Shown here one piece after another: positions 9,385 to 18,888 of a stretch of 61,895 bases of DNA. The notes under the pieces were generated by a model, which saw only the letters and a program-made list of their open reading frames with translations, was not told the origin of the DNA and made no database searches. Position numbers and translations under genes: made by a program. How positions within the stretch are numbered: the first letter of the stretch is position 1; every line of letters begins with the position of its first letter. The stretch is from a virus (lineage: Duplodnaviria > Caudoviricetes), in IMG/VR virus record IMGVR_UViG_3300016675_000012, positions 1 through 61,895 of that record; one strand, 5' to 3'.

Positions 9385-11433
9385 ATGCTGGAACCAGTCA
9401 ACAGACAGCTTTCTCTTCTTGTTGGAGTGAAACCCGGAACTTCCGGGTTTGGTTCTGTTGGTGAACAAGGCCCAGCCGGACCTATGGGGCCTCAAGGACC
9501 GCAAGGGCCTATGGGACCACAGGGACCAGTTGGACCTCAAGGACCGGCTGGAACAAACGGCACAAATGGAACAAATGGGATCAATGGTGCCCCCGGTGTA
9601 AACGGTGCCCAAGGCCCTGTTGGACCCGCTGGTCCTGCTGGACAGACAACCCGTATCTCCAACTCCATAGTGACGCTTGGAGTAGGGTCAAAGACCTTTG
9701 CCTATACAGAGACAGCCTCCAACATTGGATGGGCTGTAGGAACCCGTCTAAGGGCTTTCCTTGAAGCTGGTCGCTACATGGAAGGTCTGGTGACTGAGGT
9801 TTCATCTACTTCAGTCACTTTCTTGTCTGATTACTTCACTGGTTCAGGCAATGGTTCTGCTTGGTTCATCGGAATCATCGGTGATCGTGGAACCAATGGA
9901 GCAAACGGAACCAATGGGGCAGATGGGCTGAAAGGAGACAAAGGAGACACTGGTCCTCAAGGTCCAGTTGGTCCTGCTGGTGCTACAGGTGCAAAAGGAG
10001 ATCAAGGTGATCCCGGTCCTGAAGGTCCAATGGGACCAGAAGGCCCTGCTGGAACTGTTGACCCAGTTCTTCTTGATGCCAAAGAAAACAAGGCTGAAAA
10101 AGGTGCCCCTGATGGATATGCCAGTCTGAACTCAGCAGGAAAAGTTCCTGCATCTCAGCTCCCTTCAACTGGCGATGTGATCGAATACACAGATATGACC
10201 TTCTTCCCTGCAACAGGTGAAGTAGGAACGATCTACATCGCTCTGGACACAGATACCTCATACATCTGGGACGATGACGCTTCAGTCTACACTCCCCAGA
10301 CTACTGTGGGGTCTCTGCCTTCAAACGTTGGATTCAAAGTCCCTTGCCGTCTGGTCGCAACCAGCAATATCGACATCGCTACAGGCGGTTTCATGACCAT
10401 CGACGGTAAGATGGTGGCCAACAAGTATCGAGTCCTCCTGACAGCTCAGACCAATCCTGCTGAAAACGGGATCTATGTTGCTGCTGCTGGACCATGGGTC
10501 AGAGCCAATGATGCCAATGTGATTGCAGAGTGTAGAGCTGCTCTCGTGTCTGTCTGGCAGGGAACGACCTATGGTGGCTCTCTCTGGTTTACTACGATGG
10601 ATCAGAACGATGTTCTGGGAACCACTCCCATGAACTGGTTCAGAGTCACTCATACAGGCAACATTGTTGCTCTGATTGATGATCTCTTGGGCAGTAACAT
10701 GTGGAGATCAGAAGGTGCTGATGGTCGCACAATCCTTAATGGAACCTCTGCTCCTACTACAGAAGGCGAAGATGGAGACTTCTATCTTCGCACTTCTACA
10801 TCCATGCTCTACGGTCCCAAGACTGCTGGTTCTTGGCCTGCTGGTGTGTCTCTGATTGGTGCCCAAGGTCCACAAGGGATCCAAGGTGAAGTTGGTCCAA
10901 CAGGGGCTACAGGAGCCACTGGTGCAACCGGACCTGCTGGTGCAAACGGAGCTACTTGGACCTCAGGCTCAGGTGTTCCTACTGGTGGATCTGATGGAGA
11001 TTTTTACCTCAGAGAGGCAAACTCTGATGTCTACAAGAAAATTTCTGGAACTTGGACTGTAATTGGGAACATCAAAGGTCTTACTGGAGATACAGGACCG
11101 GCTGGGGCAAATGGAACGAATGGTCTAAATTTCCCTGCTAAGAGTATCAACTCTCAAGCAGGAACATCATATACCCTTCAGAATAGTGATTTTGCTGGAA
11201 ACGTTGTTCTCAGAATGAGCAATGGTTCAGCTATCACTCTTACAGTGAATACTGGTCTTACTGGAGTAGAACCTATTCATATTATTCAATATGGTGCAGG
11301 ACAGATCACTCTGGCAGGAACAGCAACCATTCGCTTTGCAACAGGACTGAAAAGCAGAACACAGTATTCTGCCTTCTCTCTAATTCCAATCGGGACTGAT
11401 GAGTATCTTGCAGTTGGAGACATGACAACATGA
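9385..11433 (+). CDS. multi-module collagen-like tail fibre
   Basis: Four Gly-X-Y stretches; [22 protein letters not shown] fibre motif; [16 protein letters not shown] module; two GxDGDFYLR repeats. Confidence 0.85.
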   Translation: MLEPVNRQLSLLVGVKPGTSGFGSVGEQGPAGPMGPQGPQGPMGPQGPVGPQGPAGTNGTNGTNGINGAPGVNGAQGPVGPAGPAGQTTRISNSIVTLGVGSKTFAYTETASNIGWAVGTRLRAFLEAGRYMEGLVTEVSSTSVTFLSDYFTGSGNGSAWFIGIIGDRGTNGANGTNGADGLKGDKGDTGPQGPVGPAGATGAKGDQGDPGPEGPMGPEGPAGTVDPVLLDAKENKAEKGAPDGYASLNSAGKVPASQLPSTGDVIEYTDMTFFPATGEVGTIYIALDTDTSYIWDDDASVYTPQTTVGSLPSNVGFKVPCRLVATSNIDIATGGFMTIDGKMVANKYRVLLTAQTNPAENGIYVAAAGPWVRANDANVIAECRAALVSVWQGTTYGGSLWFTTMDQNDVLGTTPMNWFRVTHTGNIVALIDDLLGSNMWRSEGADGRTILNGTSAPTTEGEDGDFYLRTSTSMLYGPKTAGSWPAGVSLIGAQGPQGIQGEVGPTGATGATGATGPAGANGATWTSGSGVPTGGSDGDFYLREANSDVYKKISGTWTVIGNIKGLTGDTGPAGANGTNGLNFPAKSINSQAGTSYTLQNSDFAGNVVLRMSNGSAITLTVNTGLTGVEPIHIIQYGAGQITLAGTATIRFATGLKSRTQYSAFSLIPIGTDEYLAVGDMTT

Positions 11434-12887
11434 GCCTTTCAAATCTTCTGGGAACAGTTGCAGCCTCAGTTGTTCTCTCTTCTGCTGACCCTGTGGTTCC
11501 TTTTTCTAATGTAACAAGTGTAGTGAATCTTCTTCCTTTTTTGGATGAAAGTTCACTAGGTTCTACCTTTGAACATTTTGATCCTCCTTTCTGGAGCAGA
11601 ACTGAAGGAAAATTTGGTGGAGCAATGAAAGGCCGCATTTCTGCGGACTCTTCTGGATATATTTCTGATCCCACAATCTCAAACCTTGGAAATAGTGATT
11701 TCACTATTGAATGCTGGATCAAAGCTTCTGTTGAACCAAATTCTGGAACTTTGATGGGTCGCTGGGGCACAACCGGAAATCGTTGCTGGTATATCAGCTA
11801 TGATGCTTCTGGTAATAGATTCAGATTCATTGCATCTCTTGATGGTTCTGCCAGCACAGTAGCCATCAATTATGACTTTGATATTGAAAGCATCAATCTT
11901 GCTACAGCATTTGACGGAAATCCCCATCATCTTGCTGTATCTCGTTCAGGTGGAAACATTTATATCCACTTTGATGGTGATCTTGCATCGGGGTCAGCAA
12001 GCTCATACACCATCAATTCAAACTCTATTTGGACGACATCCACTTTTAACTTCTTTGTGGGAGCCTATACAGTTTCTTCTGCTACACCAACAAATGGTTG
12101 GCAGGAGTTTATGGATGAGGTTCGGATTACCACAGGAACTGCTAGATATTCACAAGCAGACTTCACACCACCATCTACTAAATTTGGTAGAAATTCCACG
12201 GATGATCCTAACTTCAGCAATGTAAAACTCTTGTTGGGATTCGATTCTCCTTCAGGTTTTGCAATTGGTGGAAGTGGCACAAATACACCAAACCTTGTTG
12301 CAAACGGTCAAGCGTATGTCGGTCTTACCTCTTTGGGGTTTGGTCGTCGTGCATCTGTGACTTCACCATACTTCTCTGCTGAATCTGGCTATCTCTTTGA
12401 CTCCGGTGATTTCACCGTAGAAGTCTTTGGAGCAAATGAGACTACAGGATGGTCTTCTGGACAAATTCTTGGAGTTCGTAGATCAGGCTCTTCAGGTGAA
12501 TTGTCTTGGGCTATTGTTTACACCAGCACAGGAACAAAATTCCAATTCATCTACTCTATAGATGGATCTTCTGAGGTTGCTGTCGATTTTACAGGAATTA
12601 TTCCAGCAACAAATACATCATATGACCTTGCTGTTTCCAGAAAAGGAAGCACTCTTAGTCTGTATGTGAATGGTGTTCGTGTAAATACACACACAATTGG
12701 CTCTAATGCCTTGTATGCTGCTACAGTAACACCCCTTGGAGTTTGCTGTGGTATGAACTCTAGCATTTCTTCAGCAAGCACCATGAACACTTCTTTCAGA
12801 TTGAAAGCCTTTAGGATTACTAAAGGGGCTTATCGTTACAATTTGGACTCATACACTGTCCCAACGCTACCTCTTGCCATGGAATGA
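11430..12887 (+). CDS. LamG/concanavalin A-like lectin protein (putative receptor-binding protein)
   Basis: Two LamG-like repeats (DFTIECWIK...HHLAVSR...[13 protein letters not shown]; DFTVEVF...LAVSRKG...[10 protein letters not shown]); visibly AT-richer DNA. Confidence 0.8.
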   Translation: MSLSNLLGTVAASVVLSSADPVVPFSNVTSVVNLLPFLDESSLGSTFEHFDPPFWSRTEGKFGGAMKGRISADSSGYISDPTISNLGNSDFTIECWIKASVEPNSGTLMGRWGTTGNRCWYISYDASGNRFRFIASLDGSASTVAINYDFDIESINLATAFDGNPHHLAVSRSGGNIYIHFDGDLASGSASSYTINSNSIWTTSTFNFFVGAYTVSSATPTNGWQEFMDEVRITTGTARYSQADFTPPSTKFGRNSTDDPNFSNVKLLLGFDSPSGFAIGGSGTNTPNLVANGQAYVGLTSLGFGRRASVTSPYFSAESGYLFDSGDFTVEVFGANETTGWSSGQILGVRRSGSSGELSWAIVYTSTGTKFQFIYSIDGSSEVAVDFTGIIPATNTSYDLAVSRKGSTLSLYVNGVRVNTHTIGSNALYAATVTPLGVCCGMNSSISSASTMNTSFRLKAFRITKGAYRYNLDSYTVPTLPLAME

Positions 12888-12939
12888 TCTTAGATTTACT
12901 TGATCAAACCAAACAAACTCACCAAAGAAGGATCTCTTG

Positions 12940-14076
12940 ATGCCTATGACATCTAAGCAGTCAGAGGCTCTACGCCTTTGGCGTGAGAACAAAGAGAACA
13001 TGACAAAAACAGCAAAGCAGCTTGGTCTTGCAAGGTCATCTCTTCAGGAACTCATCAAAAAAGCTTTGAAATGGGAGGCTGCTGAAGACTCTCCGGGTCA
13101 AGTTGCAGCTCTTGAGACCACAGGTCTTGACGTTGGAATTGCTCGTCATGGATGGAGAATCGTTGTCGATCCTGTGACTGGTTCAAGAGACTCAGTGTTC
13201 TGGGTCTCAGAGAATCCAGAGATCCCACCAGAAAGCTTTACCCACAGACTCAAGGAAGCTCTGAAAGACATCGACAAACTGAAGCCTATTCCCAAACCTG
13301 CTCAGTGTGACGAAGAGCTGTGCAACTTCATTCCTCTGGCAGATCTCCATATCGGTGGTCAGTATGGAGATCCTGAGTATCTGAAAGAAATTGAGAGATG
13401 CACTTACAAGCTCATGGGAAGCCTTCCCAAGGCCAAGAAGGCAGTCATCCTTGAACTGGGTGATCTACTCGATGCCAATGACCACAAGGGCCTCACACCA
13501 GCCTCTGGCAACGCCTGTGACGTGATTAGAGAGAACGTCCTCAAGAACTCTCAGGATGCCATCCAGATCATGAGCAGGTTTATCGTATTGGCTCTCAGAA
13601 CCCATGAAGAAGTGGAAGTCCATCTTCTCCGTGGAAACCATGATGAGACAGCTTACATCGCTGTCATGCTTACTCTCCAAGCCTACTTCAAAGACAACAA
13701 GAGAGTGAAGATCATCGTCACTGATGATGACTTCAGAGTGATCCCATGGGGCCTGTGTGCTGTCTTCCCGAACCATGGAGACAAAGCCAAGTGGGAAGAT
13801 CTCAAAGGAGTGTTTGCAGACCAGTTCCCTGATGCTTGGGCCAAGGCCAAGTATTGGAGGTTCATCTGGACTGCTCACTTCCACCATGATCGACAGAGAG
13901 ACATCATGGGAGTCTTTGCTGAACACTTCAGAACACTCTCTGCCCCCAACAAGTGGGCTAAGCAAAAAGCCCTCTTCTCAAGAGGAGGGATTCAAGCTGT
14001 AACTCTTCACAAGACTGATGGTGAAATAAATCGCACCAAAGTCAATCTGAAGCCCTTGCTTTTGCAAGACACCTGA
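12940..14076 (+). CDS. calcineurin-like metallophosphoesterase with N-terminal HTH
   Basis: ADLH, GDLLD, GNHD, NHGD and AHFHH motifs; N-terminal TAKQLGLARSSL helix-turn-helix. Confidence 0.8.
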   Translation: MPMTSKQSEALRLWRENKENMTKTAKQLGLARSSLQELIKKALKWEAAEDSPGQVAALETTGLDVGIARHGWRIVVDPVTGSRDSVFWVSENPEIPPESFTHRLKEALKDIDKLKPIPKPAQCDEELCNFIPLADLHIGGQYGDPEYLKEIERCTYKLMGSLPKAKKAVILELGDLLDANDHKGLTPASGNACDVIRENVLKNSQDAIQIMSRFIVLALRTHEEVEVHLLRGNHDETAYIAVMLTLQAYFKDNKRVKIIVTDDDFRVIPWGLCAVFPNHGDKAKWEDLKGVFADQFPDAWAKAKYWRFIWTAHFHHDRQRDIMGVFAEHFRTLSAPNKWAKQKALFSRGGIQAVTLHKTDGEINRTKVNLKPLLLQDT

Positions 14077-14132
14077 TCCATCTTTGTCTCACAGGGATCG
14101 TGGAGAGATTCACCGAAGATCTGTTGGTGTAT

Positions 14133-14166
14133 GAAGCCGAGGAGAGATCCTCGGCTTCTTCTTTTT
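14133..14166 (+). terminator. Rho-independent terminator
   Basis: GAAGCCGAGGA-GAGA-TCCTCGGCTTC perfect stem followed by TTCTTTTT. Confidence 0.85.
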
Positions 14167-14203
14167 GGTTCGCTTCGAACCCATCAACAATGGAGAATCT
14201 CAA

Positions 14204-14386
14204 ATGGCCGATAAGAGCGGCAAGACCCGGAAGAAATCCCTTGGCTCCGTCCGGGCAAAAGCTGGTATGCCTGCCAAGGCTGGGCGTCGTCGTCCGCCCC
14301 ATCTGAAGAGCGTTCGTGATCGCAACGGTCATCGTGACTGGGTGACGGTCTCCCACGCTGAACCGAAATCGCAGAAGAAGGAATGA
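14204..14386 (+). CDS. small highly basic protein (60 aa)
   Basis: GGAG RBS before ATG 14204; K/R-rich. Confidence 0.6.
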   Translation: MADKSGKTRKKSLGSVRAKAGMPAKAGRRRPPHLKSVRDRNGHRDWVTVSHAEPKSQKKE

Positions 14387-14396
14387 TTCCTGCTGA

Positions 14397-14495
14397 CACA
14401 CCTATCCGTAGGACGGACCCAGCCATGAATGCCTGATAGACTGCCACAGCAGCCTTGAAAGGAGCTAGAGATAAGCTGGCTACGGATAGACTGTG
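14397..14495 (+). ncRNA. putative structured RNA (multibranch stem-loop)
   Basis: CTATCCGTAG (14402-11) pairs with CTACGGATAG (14480-89); inner CCAGC/GCTGG and CTGC-CACA-GCAG hairpin. Confidence 0.4.
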
Positions 14496-14496
14496 G

Positions 14497-14542
14497 AAAG
14501 GAGACTAAGGGAGTAGTGACCCCTTGGTCTCCTTTTCTTTTT
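14497..14542 (+). terminator. Rho-independent terminator
   Basis: AAAGGAGACTAAGGG / CCCTTGGTCTCCTTT stem followed by TCTTTTT. Confidence 0.8.
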
Positions 14543-14546
14543 CGAA

Positions 14547-14669
14547 CTGGAAGTCGTCTAGGGAACGGGGAAACCCAAAGTCAGGACACTCAGACAGGGG
14601 AAATTATCTCGTCTAACATAGGACACCCCGACTTGGGAAACACAGGTGCGAACCCTGTCTTCCGGTCCA
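14547..14669 (+). ncRNA. tRNA-like RNA without an anticodon, with duplicated D-arm core and encoded CCA
   Basis: Acceptor stem CTGGAAG/CTTCCGG plus T-CCA; T-arm ACAGG-TGCGAAC-CCTGT; two TCGTCTA...AGGACA D-arm motifs. Confidence 0.7.
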
Positions 14670-14696
14670 TTCAACCGTGAACCAAGGAACAACGCA

Positions 14697-17258
14697 ATGG
14701 AAGTGATGAACGGCACTGAGCTGGTTCAGACTGAAGTGCTGGTCGGCCAAAAGTCTGTAACCCGGAGCTTTGGGGTTTCTGATGACCCCATGCTCATGTC
14801 GATGCTCTCGACTGGCTTCTATCAGAAGCCTCTTCGCACTATGATTCAGGAAGTCATGTTCAATGCTTGGGATGCTCACCGTATGGGCAACTGCCAAGAT
14901 CGTCCCATCGACATCTACCTGAATGAGACCACTGGTCTGATCATCCGGGACTATGGTCCGGGGATTGATCCCGGTGAGAACGACGACAACATGCACGAGA
15001 TCTACTGCATGTATGGTGGCTCGACCAAACGGAAGATGAAGAACCAGACTGGTGGCTTCGGTCTTGGGAGCAAGTCTCCTTTTGCCTACACCGAATCCTT
15101 CACTGTCACCTCCCACTATGGTGGCACCAAGAACATGTATCTCATCTCCCGAGTCTCTGAAGCCAATGGAGGCAAGCCGGGAATGACATGTCTAGTTCGT
15201 GTTCCTACGACTGAGACGGGTCTTCTGGTGACGATTCCCCTGAAGAAAGGGGACATGCTCAAAGCCTATGAACACATCAAGGACGTTCTATTCCTGAGTG
15301 GCATCAAGGCAATGATCCACTACGAAGACGAGAAAGACGAGTTCATCGACTCTGACTCTCTGACTGTCGGTCAATACTTGATTGATGAGAACCATCGTCA
15401 GGGACGAATCTGGGCAGTCTACGGTGGAGTTCGTTATGAGATCCCCATGTTCGAGGAGTATGAAGACGAATACGACTTCATGAAGCTCATCTCGAAGGGA
15501 TACGATCTCTTCGTTGGCTTCGCTCCTGACACTCTCAGTCCTCTCCCCAACCGGGAAGGTCTGAACATGGGAGAGAAGTCCAAAGAGACTGTGAAAACAG
15601 TCTTCGAGATGTGTTCAGAACGGTTCAACGTTCTCATCGAACCGATGCTGAATCTGTTCTTTGAAGACTACTTCAAGATCTGCAAAGACCATCACAAGCT
15701 CCAGCCGGAGTTCACCTTCATTGATTTGGGCAAACTTGGTCTGTCTCAGAATTTCCAGACAATCATCTCTGCTCGATCCATGAAAGACCGTCTTCTCAAG
15801 ATGCGGTTTGATGGAGTAGAAGAAGACCTCTGGAACATCATGGCGACTCTGCTCACCAGCAATCTTGGCGACATTCGTCGTCACATCAAGATGGAACGCT
15901 GGAGGACTCTGATCTTCAAGAACTTCCTGAAGGTCTATCCTGAAGGAAAACACATCGTTTTCGCTGCGATGAAAAAACCGATCAAGGATGTCTTCAACGT
16001 CCACTCCCATGATGCCAGCCTGACTTTCGTCTCTGAATACCTTCGTCACAGCTTCTTACTGGATCAGATGAAGTTCATTCGTGAGATGAAGAAGGAGTTC
16101 CCCGCTGATGTCAGTCTACATCCTACGATGCGTCTGATGATCAGAGATGATTGGATTGCTCCTATCTGGGACCGTGGTTTTGCCAACACCAGAAAGACCA
16201 AATACGGAGTCCGTGGAGGCATTGATTCCAAAGATCCTCGTCTGGCTCGTTCTCCCAAAGGACTCTCTACTCTGAATCTCTGGGCACCCAGAAACAGTGA
16301 CGAGCTTTCCTTCACCATGATGACTAAGACAGTCATTCTGGCGAAGACAGCCACTGCTCTGAAAGACACTGTGGTTCCTGCAAGAATTCACACTCACAGC
16401 CAGATGATACAAGGACTCCATTACTACTACGATGGTGTGAGCTGTGCTGCTCCTGCCTACGTCGTTCACGAAAGGAAAGGTGCATACCAGAAAGCCAAAG
16501 AGATTCTGGAGTCCATGGGCTTCACTGTCTACGAAGGCGCTGAACCAGTGAAGGCTAAATCAAGACCCAAAGTGAAGACGCTTCCGACCTACAGTCTGAT
16601 TTGTCCCCAGAATGCTGAGACTTGGTGCAGCACCAATCCCAATGACCAGATTCCTGATCCGACTCACTTCTTCTATGTCACCCAGTATACGTTGAAGGGA
16701 TACAGCTCTGGTGAGCGTCCTGACAGGGAATTGGTCTACTGGTTCATGAAGAAGAACCCCAAGTTCGTTACGGTGAATCACCAACGAAGTGCGGACACTC
16801 TGATCAAGATGGGAGCAATTCCCTTCTACGATGACATCATCAAGTGGTATGACACCCTGTCGGTGAATATCGACCGCATGATGAACATCATTCGTGCTGC
16901 TCGAATCAAGGAATGGACCCCATTCCCTGAAGAGATGCTTCGCCATCCCCTGATCCAATTGGAGCTGGGTATGGAGCCTGTCGATGAGGCAGATGAAGAC
17001 TTCTGGTATGAATCCAGAGGTGTGAATCTCCTCATGAATACCGAGTTTTATCCTCTGAAGACCCTGAAGAGAAAACTCAACATAGATCTGGAACAGCTCT
17101 GGAGGCAAGACAAAGAGTCCTCCAACATTCGTCACATGACGGGTGTCTCGAAGGTCTTCAACGCCTTTACGATCTCTTCTCTTTGGTCTGACACTGATAA
17201 GGCAGGCAAAGATCGGCTTGTGGATTCAGTCATCACCACTCTGAAACTCTTCTCCTGA
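14697..17258 (+). CDS. rIIA: RIIA-like protein
   Basis: N-terminal GHKL ATPase motifs (EVMFNAWDA, RDYGPGI, GGFGLGSKSPFAY); followed by rIIB; RBS AAGGA before ATG 14697. Confidence 0.9.
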   Translation: MEVMNGTELVQTEVLVGQKSVTRSFGVSDDPMLMSMLSTGFYQKPLRTMIQEVMFNAWDAHRMGNCQDRPIDIYLNETTGLIIRDYGPGIDPGENDDNMHEIYCMYGGSTKRKMKNQTGGFGLGSKSPFAYTESFTVTSHYGGTKNMYLISRVSEANGGKPGMTCLVRVPTTETGLLVTIPLKKGDMLKAYEHIKDVLFLSGIKAMIHYEDEKDEFIDSDSLTVGQYLIDENHRQGRIWAVYGGVRYEIPMFEEYEDEYDFMKLISKGYDLFVGFAPDTLSPLPNREGLNMGEKSKETVKTVFEMCSERFNVLIEPMLNLFFEDYFKICKDHHKLQPEFTFIDLGKLGLSQNFQTIISARSMKDRLLKMRFDGVEEDLWNIMATLLTSNLGDIRRHIKMERWRTLIFKNFLKVYPEGKHIVFAAMKKPIKDVFNVHSHDASLTFVSEYLRHSFLLDQMKFIREMKKEFPADVSLHPTMRLMIRDDWIAPIWDRGFANTRKTKYGVRGGIDSKDPRLARSPKGLSTLNLWAPRNSDELSFTMMTKTVILAKTATALKDTVVPARIHTHSQMIQGLHYYYDGVSCAAPAYVVHERKGAYQKAKEILESMGFTVYEGAEPVKAKSRPKVKTLPTYSLICPQNAETWCSTNPNDQIPDPTHFFYVTQYTLKGYSSGERPDRELVYWFMKKNPKFVTVNHQRSADTLIKMGAIPFYDDIIKWYDTLSVNIDRMMNIIRAARIKEWTPFPEEMLRHPLIQLELGMEPVDEADEDFWYESRGVNLLMNTEFYPLKTLKRKLNIDLEQLWRQDKESSNIRHMTGVSKVFNAFTISSLWSDTDKAGKDRLVDSVITTLKLFS

Positions 17259-17271
17259 GAAAGGGAAAACA

Positions 17272-18783
17272 ATGGATTCGTCCACCAAACAGGTCATCTC
17301 CATGTTGGTGTCGGGTGAGAAAATCACCCTCTTCACCATCACTGGGGAACTGATCGAAGTGAAGAACGATGGAGACTACGATACGGTGAAGATCACCGAG
17401 TATCTGACTTCTCGTCTGAGCGGAACCAACGCTGTCGAGATCAATCTGGATGAGTTCTCCAAGATTGCCAAGATTCTTCCGGCTGATCTGGAAGACCATG
17501 GGATCGAGGTCACTCAGATCATCGACGGTCGTGAAGTTCAGGGGATCTTCTATCCCCGCAAAGTCGCTGTCGCTGTCAAGGTCGATGGTGAGAAGGTCCA
17601 CATCCCGGATGTGGAAAACCTGTCTGGTCACATTCAACGGGCTGCTGCTGAAAAGAGTCCGTCTGTGGCCAACTTCCTGAAGCGTCTGGCTCCTGTTCTG
17701 AAAAGCCGGAAGCACTCGGGAGAAGATCTAATGAAGTTCATCAAGCTGTCTGAGATGCCTCTGACGAATGATGGCCGAATCATCGCCTACAAGCGTGTGA
17801 ACAAGGCTGATGACCCCTACTTCAAGGATTGCCATACGGGCAAAGTGAAGCAGCGGGTCGGTTCTCGTGTCGTCATGAAGGTGAATCTGGTTGACTCCAG
17901 CCGTCACAACTCGTGTTCGACTGGTCTCCATGTGGCCAATCTCGGTTACATGAAAAACTTCAGTGGTGCCCATACCCTGATCGTGCTGGTGAACCCTGAA
18001 GACTTCATCGCTGTTCCTGTGGGCGAAGACACCAAAGCTCGTGTCTGTGCCTATGAGATCATCGGAACCATGAGCAACAGTGCCCATGACAAGGTGAACA
18101 CTGGCTCCCACGTCTCGGGTGACATCACCCTTCAGCAGCTCATCAAAAACGCTGTGGAAGGCAACCATATCCGTCCCTTCGAAGAAATCGAAGTAGGCAA
18201 ATATGGTGAGATCGTCCGAGTGAGTCCGTTGGAAGGTGGTGGCAAGCCCACAACCCCTGTGAAGCCTGTTGCCACTTCGTCTGGCAAGTCTCTGGCTGAT
18301 GATCCGAATCCGGGGACTCAGAACAAGGATGTGGTCAAGACTACTAAGGAAGTCCAAGGGAAACCGACGACTCTTCCTGAAGAAGTCAGCCAAGCCTTCC
18401 AGATGATCCGTGATGGCATCAGCAAGTCTGAAATCGCTCGTCGTCTTGTGACTTCGACCCGTTCCATTGGTCGCTGGATCGAGAAGTATGGTGATCCTTT
18501 CTCTCTGGTTTCGCCTCCGAATGAGGAACCGAAGCCTGAACCCAAAGAGGAGGCTCCCGTGAAGAGTGATGATGATTTCGCCAAGATGGTTCAGTCGAGT
18601 GAACCGCCGAAGCCTGCCACCAAGGCAGAGCAGATGCGGAAGCTCTACAACAACTGGATCCTTGGCGGAAAGAAGCCTGAAGATCTGAAAGCTGTGAAGC
18701 TGTTCAAGTCGTCGGCCAAGAAGAGCTATTCGGCTCTTGGCCTGACTGCTGCTGAAGAGCAGAAGATTCAGGATGCCGAATGA
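17272..18783 (+). CDS. rIIB: RIIB-like protein
   Basis: DGRIIAYK, CSTGLHVA, VNPEDFIAVP and KARVCAY motifs; HTH in C-terminal part. Confidence 0.9.
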   Translation: MDSSTKQVISMLVSGEKITLFTITGELIEVKNDGDYDTVKITEYLTSRLSGTNAVEINLDEFSKIAKILPADLEDHGIEVTQIIDGREVQGIFYPRKVAVAVKVDGEKVHIPDVENLSGHIQRAAAEKSPSVANFLKRLAPVLKSRKHSGEDLMKFIKLSEMPLTNDGRIIAYKRVNKADDPYFKDCHTGKVKQRVGSRVVMKVNLVDSSRHNSCSTGLHVANLGYMKNFSGAHTLIVLVNPEDFIAVPVGEDTKARVCAYEIIGTMSNSAHDKVNTGSHVSGDITLQQLIKNAVEGNHIRPFEEIEVGKYGEIVRVSPLEGGGKPTTPVKPVATSSGKSLADDPNPGTQNKDVVKTTKEVQGKPTTLPEEVSQAFQMIRDGISKSEIARRLVTSTRSIGRWIEKYGDPFSLVSPPNEEPKPEPKEEAPVKSDDDFAKMVQSSEPPKPATKAEQMRKLYNNWILGGKKPEDLKAVKLFKSSAKKSYSALGLTAAEEQKIQDAE

Positions 18784-18832
18784 CAAGCCTCTAGGCTTGC
18801 TTTCCTAGAAAGCAAGTCCTGAGACTTGCCTG

Positions 18833-18871
18833 AGTCGCCATGGTTGCCCCCAGCCATGGCGACTTTCATTT
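18833..18871 (+). terminator. probable terminator/processing hairpin after rIIB
   Basis: AGTCGCCATGGTTG-CCC-CAGCCATGGCGACT followed by TTCATTT. Confidence 0.6.
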
Positions 18872-18888
18872 GAACCAAGGAGGCCAGC

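Noticed and set aside
7042-11120. CRISPR array or DGR template/variable repeats
   Set aside because: The repeats are collagen codon periodicity inside ORFs; there is no spacer-repeat structure and no reverse transcriptase.
14433-14460. Hammerhead-like CTGATAGA...GAAA
   Set aside because: Core spacing is wrong (extra base, and GAAA does not directly follow stem II).
14558-14580. Cobalamin riboswitch-like AGGGAA-CGGGGAAACCC
   Set aside because: The downstream GCCCCCGCAACUGU and B12-box elements are missing; the tRNA-like fold explains the region better.
14646-14696. Longer rIIA start at GTG 14646 (also the extended starts at 808, 21592, 51348, 58892 and 60078)
   Set aside because: These upstream starts lie within RNA structures or neighbouring genes; downstream starts have proper RBSs.
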